DNA of 64,000 nucleotides from Deltaproteobacteria bacterium CSP1-8 (GTDB lineage Bacteria; Desulfobacterota; Deferrimicrobia; Deferrimicrobiales; Deferrimicrobiaceae): NCBI GenBank assembly GCA_001443455.1, contig LDXO01000009.1, positions 16,444 to 80,443 of the forward strand, read 5' to 3'. Shown piece by piece: positions 61,000 to 64,000 of this stretch (position 1 is its first letter; each line of letters starts with the position of its first letter). The notes under the pieces were generated by a model. It saw only the letters and a program-made list of their open reading frames with translations, ran no database searches and was not told where the DNA came from. The position numbers and the translations under genes were made by a program.

Positions 61000-61341
61000 T
61001 TAGTTCTCGACCAATTCTTTCAAGATCTCTTCAATTCTTTTTTCACTTGAAGCATCAAACCCATCAATTCTTAAAACGTTTTGCCCGTTCTTGAAAAAAA
61101 GGAGCGCCGGAACACCCACAATGTTATATCGGGCACAGAGGTTTTGGTTATTCCAGGCATTGATTTTGACGACTTTCATTTGGTCAAATTTCCTGGCTAC
61201 TCGTTCAAGAACGGGAATCAGGGCTTTACAGGGAGCGCACGGGGGAGTGAAAAAGTCTACCAAAACGGGAATATCCGACTCTAATACTTCTTTATCAAAA
61301 GAAATTTCGCTTATTTCAACGAGATGGTCTCCCTGACGCAC
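61000..61341 (-). CDS. trxA: Thioredoxin
   Basis: PVLVDFFTPPCAPCK and GVPALLFFKNG. Confidence 0.9.
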   Translation of the reverse strand: MRQGDHLVEISEISFDKEVLESDIPVLVDFFTPPCAPCKALIPVLERVARKFDQMKVVKINAWNNQNLCARYNIVGVPALLFFKNGQNVLRIDGFDASSEKRIEEILKELVEN

Positions 61342-61379
61342 TTATTTATCCATAGGAGATATCGACTGTGGGATGCAAA

Positions 61380-62714
61380 CTACGAATCAAGAAAAACGGT
61401 TTGTTCATCGATGGGTGTCTGAAGCGCCTTGAACGCTTTTTTCAACAGATTCCGTCGTAGATCTTTTTCTTCATCCGGCAAGAGCTTGGGATTTCCCAGG
61501 GGATGGGGTATCGCAATGGCCGGTATAATTCTGTTGGCGCCCACGGTCTGGGAAATGGTGATGATGGAACATATGTGAGCCACCGGGATTCCGGCGCGTT
61601 CTATTTCTTTTGCCATCGTTGCCCCGCAACGAGTGCATGTTCCTCAAGTGGAAGTGAGGATGACTGCTTGCACGCCATCCCGAATCAGCTCCACCGCAAT
61701 TTCTTTCGCAAATTTCTGGGCGCTGTCTACCGAGGTGCCGTTTCCGACGGTCGCGTAGTACCATTCATGCTGTTTGAAGCCCAACTCTTTTTCCAGTTCC
61801 CTCATCATGTCAATGGGAAGCACCCGGTTGGGATCATGGTTGGCATAGGTGTTGTCATATCCGCCGTGTGCGGACTGATGGGTTTTGGTCTCCAGTTTTT
61901 CCAACCCTTCCAGAGAATATCTCCCGTATTTGGATGCATTGGAGCTTTCGATATGGTCCGGATTTCCTGTGGGCACGATACCACCGGAAGTGACCAGGGC
62001 AATGGTCAACCCCTTCAGGTCGCCAATGGCGGCTTGAGGATCGACACGGTCAAAAAAGGGAATGGGATATTCGGTCTCAAACGAATCACTACCGATTTTT
62101 TGAAGGAGCAATGCAATGGCGCGCTGATAGGCCGGCTCGGCATGGAAATAATTTTTCCTTAGGCCTTGTTCAAAGCAGCCTTCGGCCTTGGGAAATTCAA
62201 TCTTCTCGCCCTGCAAAACTTTCTTGCCAAGGCGGACCATTTTTTGGACGGCATCTTCCATCCCGGTAACAATGTCGGCACATTCGACGATCAAGGCTGT
62301 TTTTCTGTATTGATCAACCCCCGGATTCTCTTTGTACATGGCCGTGATGGCAGGAATGCCCAACGGATTCAGGGAAGAGCAGATCGCGCCGCAGGCCATT
62401 CCGTATCTTCCGGCATTAAACGCTGGCCCGGCGATGACCAAATCCGGGCTGTACCCTTGGATCTCGGGAAGTATTTCCCCAAGACCCTTCTCCTGGTTTT
62501 CGGCAAAATAGCTGTCGCCGCAAATGACCGTGGCAACGATTTCGACAGGAACATTTTGCTCGCGGAAAAATTTTTCAAAAAGCCGCCCGGGTCCCTTGGA
62601 ACCCTGGATGGTACGGGGTTCGCAGTTGGCCTGCTCCTCGCCGCCCACACCCCCGAAAAATTGATTCAGGTAATGAACAATCCGGTATTGTTTGTTCCGG
62701 GATGTGCCGGACAT
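61380..62714 (-). CDS. grdB: Glycine reductase selenoprotein B (Sec at 61644-61646)
   Basis: HYLNQFFGGVGGEE and GPAFNAGRYG motifs. Read-through gives ILTST-U-GTCTRCGATMAKEIERAGIP, joining two ORFs of the track. Confidence 0.93.
61616..61632 (-). promoter_or_regulatory. SECIS hairpin of grdB
   Basis: mRNA UCGUUGC-GGG-GCAACGA, apical G 19 nt after the UGA. Confidence 0.7.
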
Positions 62715-63998
62715 TTATATAAACCTCGCTGACGTTCGTTCAAATCCCAATTGGTTGGTGGATCCGATCAGTACTTGAAGCTCAACGGCGATACTGCCGT
62801 CCGGGAGCCGGCATTTACTGGAGCCGCCGGCCATTTTCGTGATCACGCGGTCATCGCCTACGATTTTTTTCAAAGGTGGCAGAACGATCACCTCATTGGC
62901 GTTTCCGGTGGAAACAATGGCATTGGCGTCAGGGTGGCCGTCGACCAGGGATTGCGAGGCTCCGGCTTGTCCCGCAAATTCATCGGTAAGCAGAACCGTT
63001 TTGATGCCATGCGCTTCGATTTTGGAGCAGTTCATCATGAGATCCGCATCCGGATTGCCAAAACCTTCCTTGGATATGATGACACCGTCGGGAATCAAGG
63101 ACGCAATCAGCCCGGCTGCCAACGTGGACGACTGCTGTTTTTCGCCCAGGGTAACGTTTTCGTTGGTAAGGACGCAGCCGACAAAGTTCCAGTCGGTTTT
63201 GTCTCTTCGGAGGAGTTCGAGCACAATGGGGTTGTTCTGGTGGTGATACGTTGTGTTCTTGTCGCACGCCGAAACACAATTGCCGGAGACAATGGCGCCA
63301 AACAGCACTTCGGACGGTACCATGAACCTGGGGAGCATCTTTTTGGCATCGATTCCGCAATAATACGTATCGTGGAGGAGACCCTGGGTTTGAAGCATAT
63401 ATAAGTAGGCAATTCTGGGCAGACCTTTCGGCTCGGCGGATCCTTGCCTTCCGGGGGAACCTGGATATACCGGATTGATCAGGGTTTCGTGGGCGTTCCC
63501 TGCAAGCGGCTTGTTCAACGCGTGTCTGGCGATGTAATCAGCGGCCTTGAAACCGGCCATTCTTGCGGTTTTCTCGTGATCGTGTCGTCCTATCCCTTCC
63601 TGTACGGTAATGTCCAGCACCAGATGATGTTTTTGGGAAAAGAGCGAATATTTTGCACCCGGACCGGACATATCAATGACACCTTCCTGAAAGCCCACAA
63701 TGGATCCCACTGTGGTTACCACCATTCCGCATACAGACACGATTTCCCCGGAAGGAATCCTGTTGGTATCGGGATCCCACCCGGAAAGAACTCCGGGGAA
63801 GACCTGATAACCCGGGATGAGACTCAAGCGGGGTTCGATCACATCTTTGACGGGAACAATCCGTACCGACTCCCCGGGATGGACAATGTCCACTTTGACA
63901 TTTCTGATGTTGGGATCGGATTGTAATCGGCTGATTAACTCATCACGATGGATGAGCAGCTTTCCGTTTTCCAGTCCGGTGGCGGGGGCAAAATCAAG
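62715..63998 (-). CDS. grdE: Glycine reductase component B proprotein (5' end outside the window)
   Basis: PGESVRIVPVKDVIEPR, GFQEGVIDMSGPGA, SGNCVSACDKN and EGFGNPDADL motifs. The frame stays open to the window edge. Confidence 0.9.
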   Translation of the reverse strand, partial: LDFAPATGLENGKLLIHRDELISRLQSDPNIRNVKVDIVHPGESVRIVPVKDVIEPRLSLIPGYQVFPGVLSGWDPDTNRIPSGEIVSVCGMVVTTVGSIVGFQEGVIDMSGPGAKYSLFSQKHHLVLDITVQEGIGRHDHEKTARMAGFKAADYIARHALNKPLAGNAHETLINPVYPGSPGRQGSAEPKGLPRIAYLYMLQTQGLLHDTYYCGIDAKKMLPRFMVPSEVLFGAIVSGNCVSACDKNTTYHHQNNPIVLELLRRDKTDWNFVGCVLTNENVTLGEKQQSSTLAAGLIASLIPDGVIISKEGFGNPDADLMMNCSKIEAHGIKTVLLTDEFAGQAGASQSLVDGHPDANAIVSTGNANEVIVLPPLKKIVGDDRVITKMAGGSSKCRLPDGSIAVELQVLIGSTNQLGFERTSARFI

Positions 63999-64000
63999 AT

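Overview
GC-rich chromosomal window from an anaerobic or facultative deltaproteobacterial (Desulfobacterota-like) organism; the taxonomy is inferred from gene content. Housekeeping blocks: purine salvage (AzgA-like permease, hpt, ade), sdhCAB, leuCD/ilvDBN, serC and a large purL. Other blocks: a five-gene polyphosphate operon with two ppk2, an SRA-HNH restriction nuclease, a FecR-OmpA-CHASE2/HD-GYP module whose fecR-like gene has a second copy 13.5 kb away, and several gene scars. Two features stand out. (1) A mercury-methylation pair hgcAB sits directly upstream of serC. Its HgcB ends at a UGA where the C-terminal cysteines are expected, followed by Arg-Cys and a hairpin, so it is a candidate selenoprotein. 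(2) A lower-GC glycine-reductase cluster (grdE-grdB-trxA-grdC-grdA) has grdA and grdB split in the ORF track by in-frame Sec UGA codons with clear SECIS hairpins, which indicates the host decodes selenocysteine. An accessory patch at about 9.3-12 kb holds a caspase/CHAT-like gene, a ~25% GC palindrome cluster and a PAN-domain protein with a fourfold repeated peptide motif. I saw no rRNA, tRNA, CRISPR array, integrase or transposase. All calls come from reading motifs by eye, without database searches.
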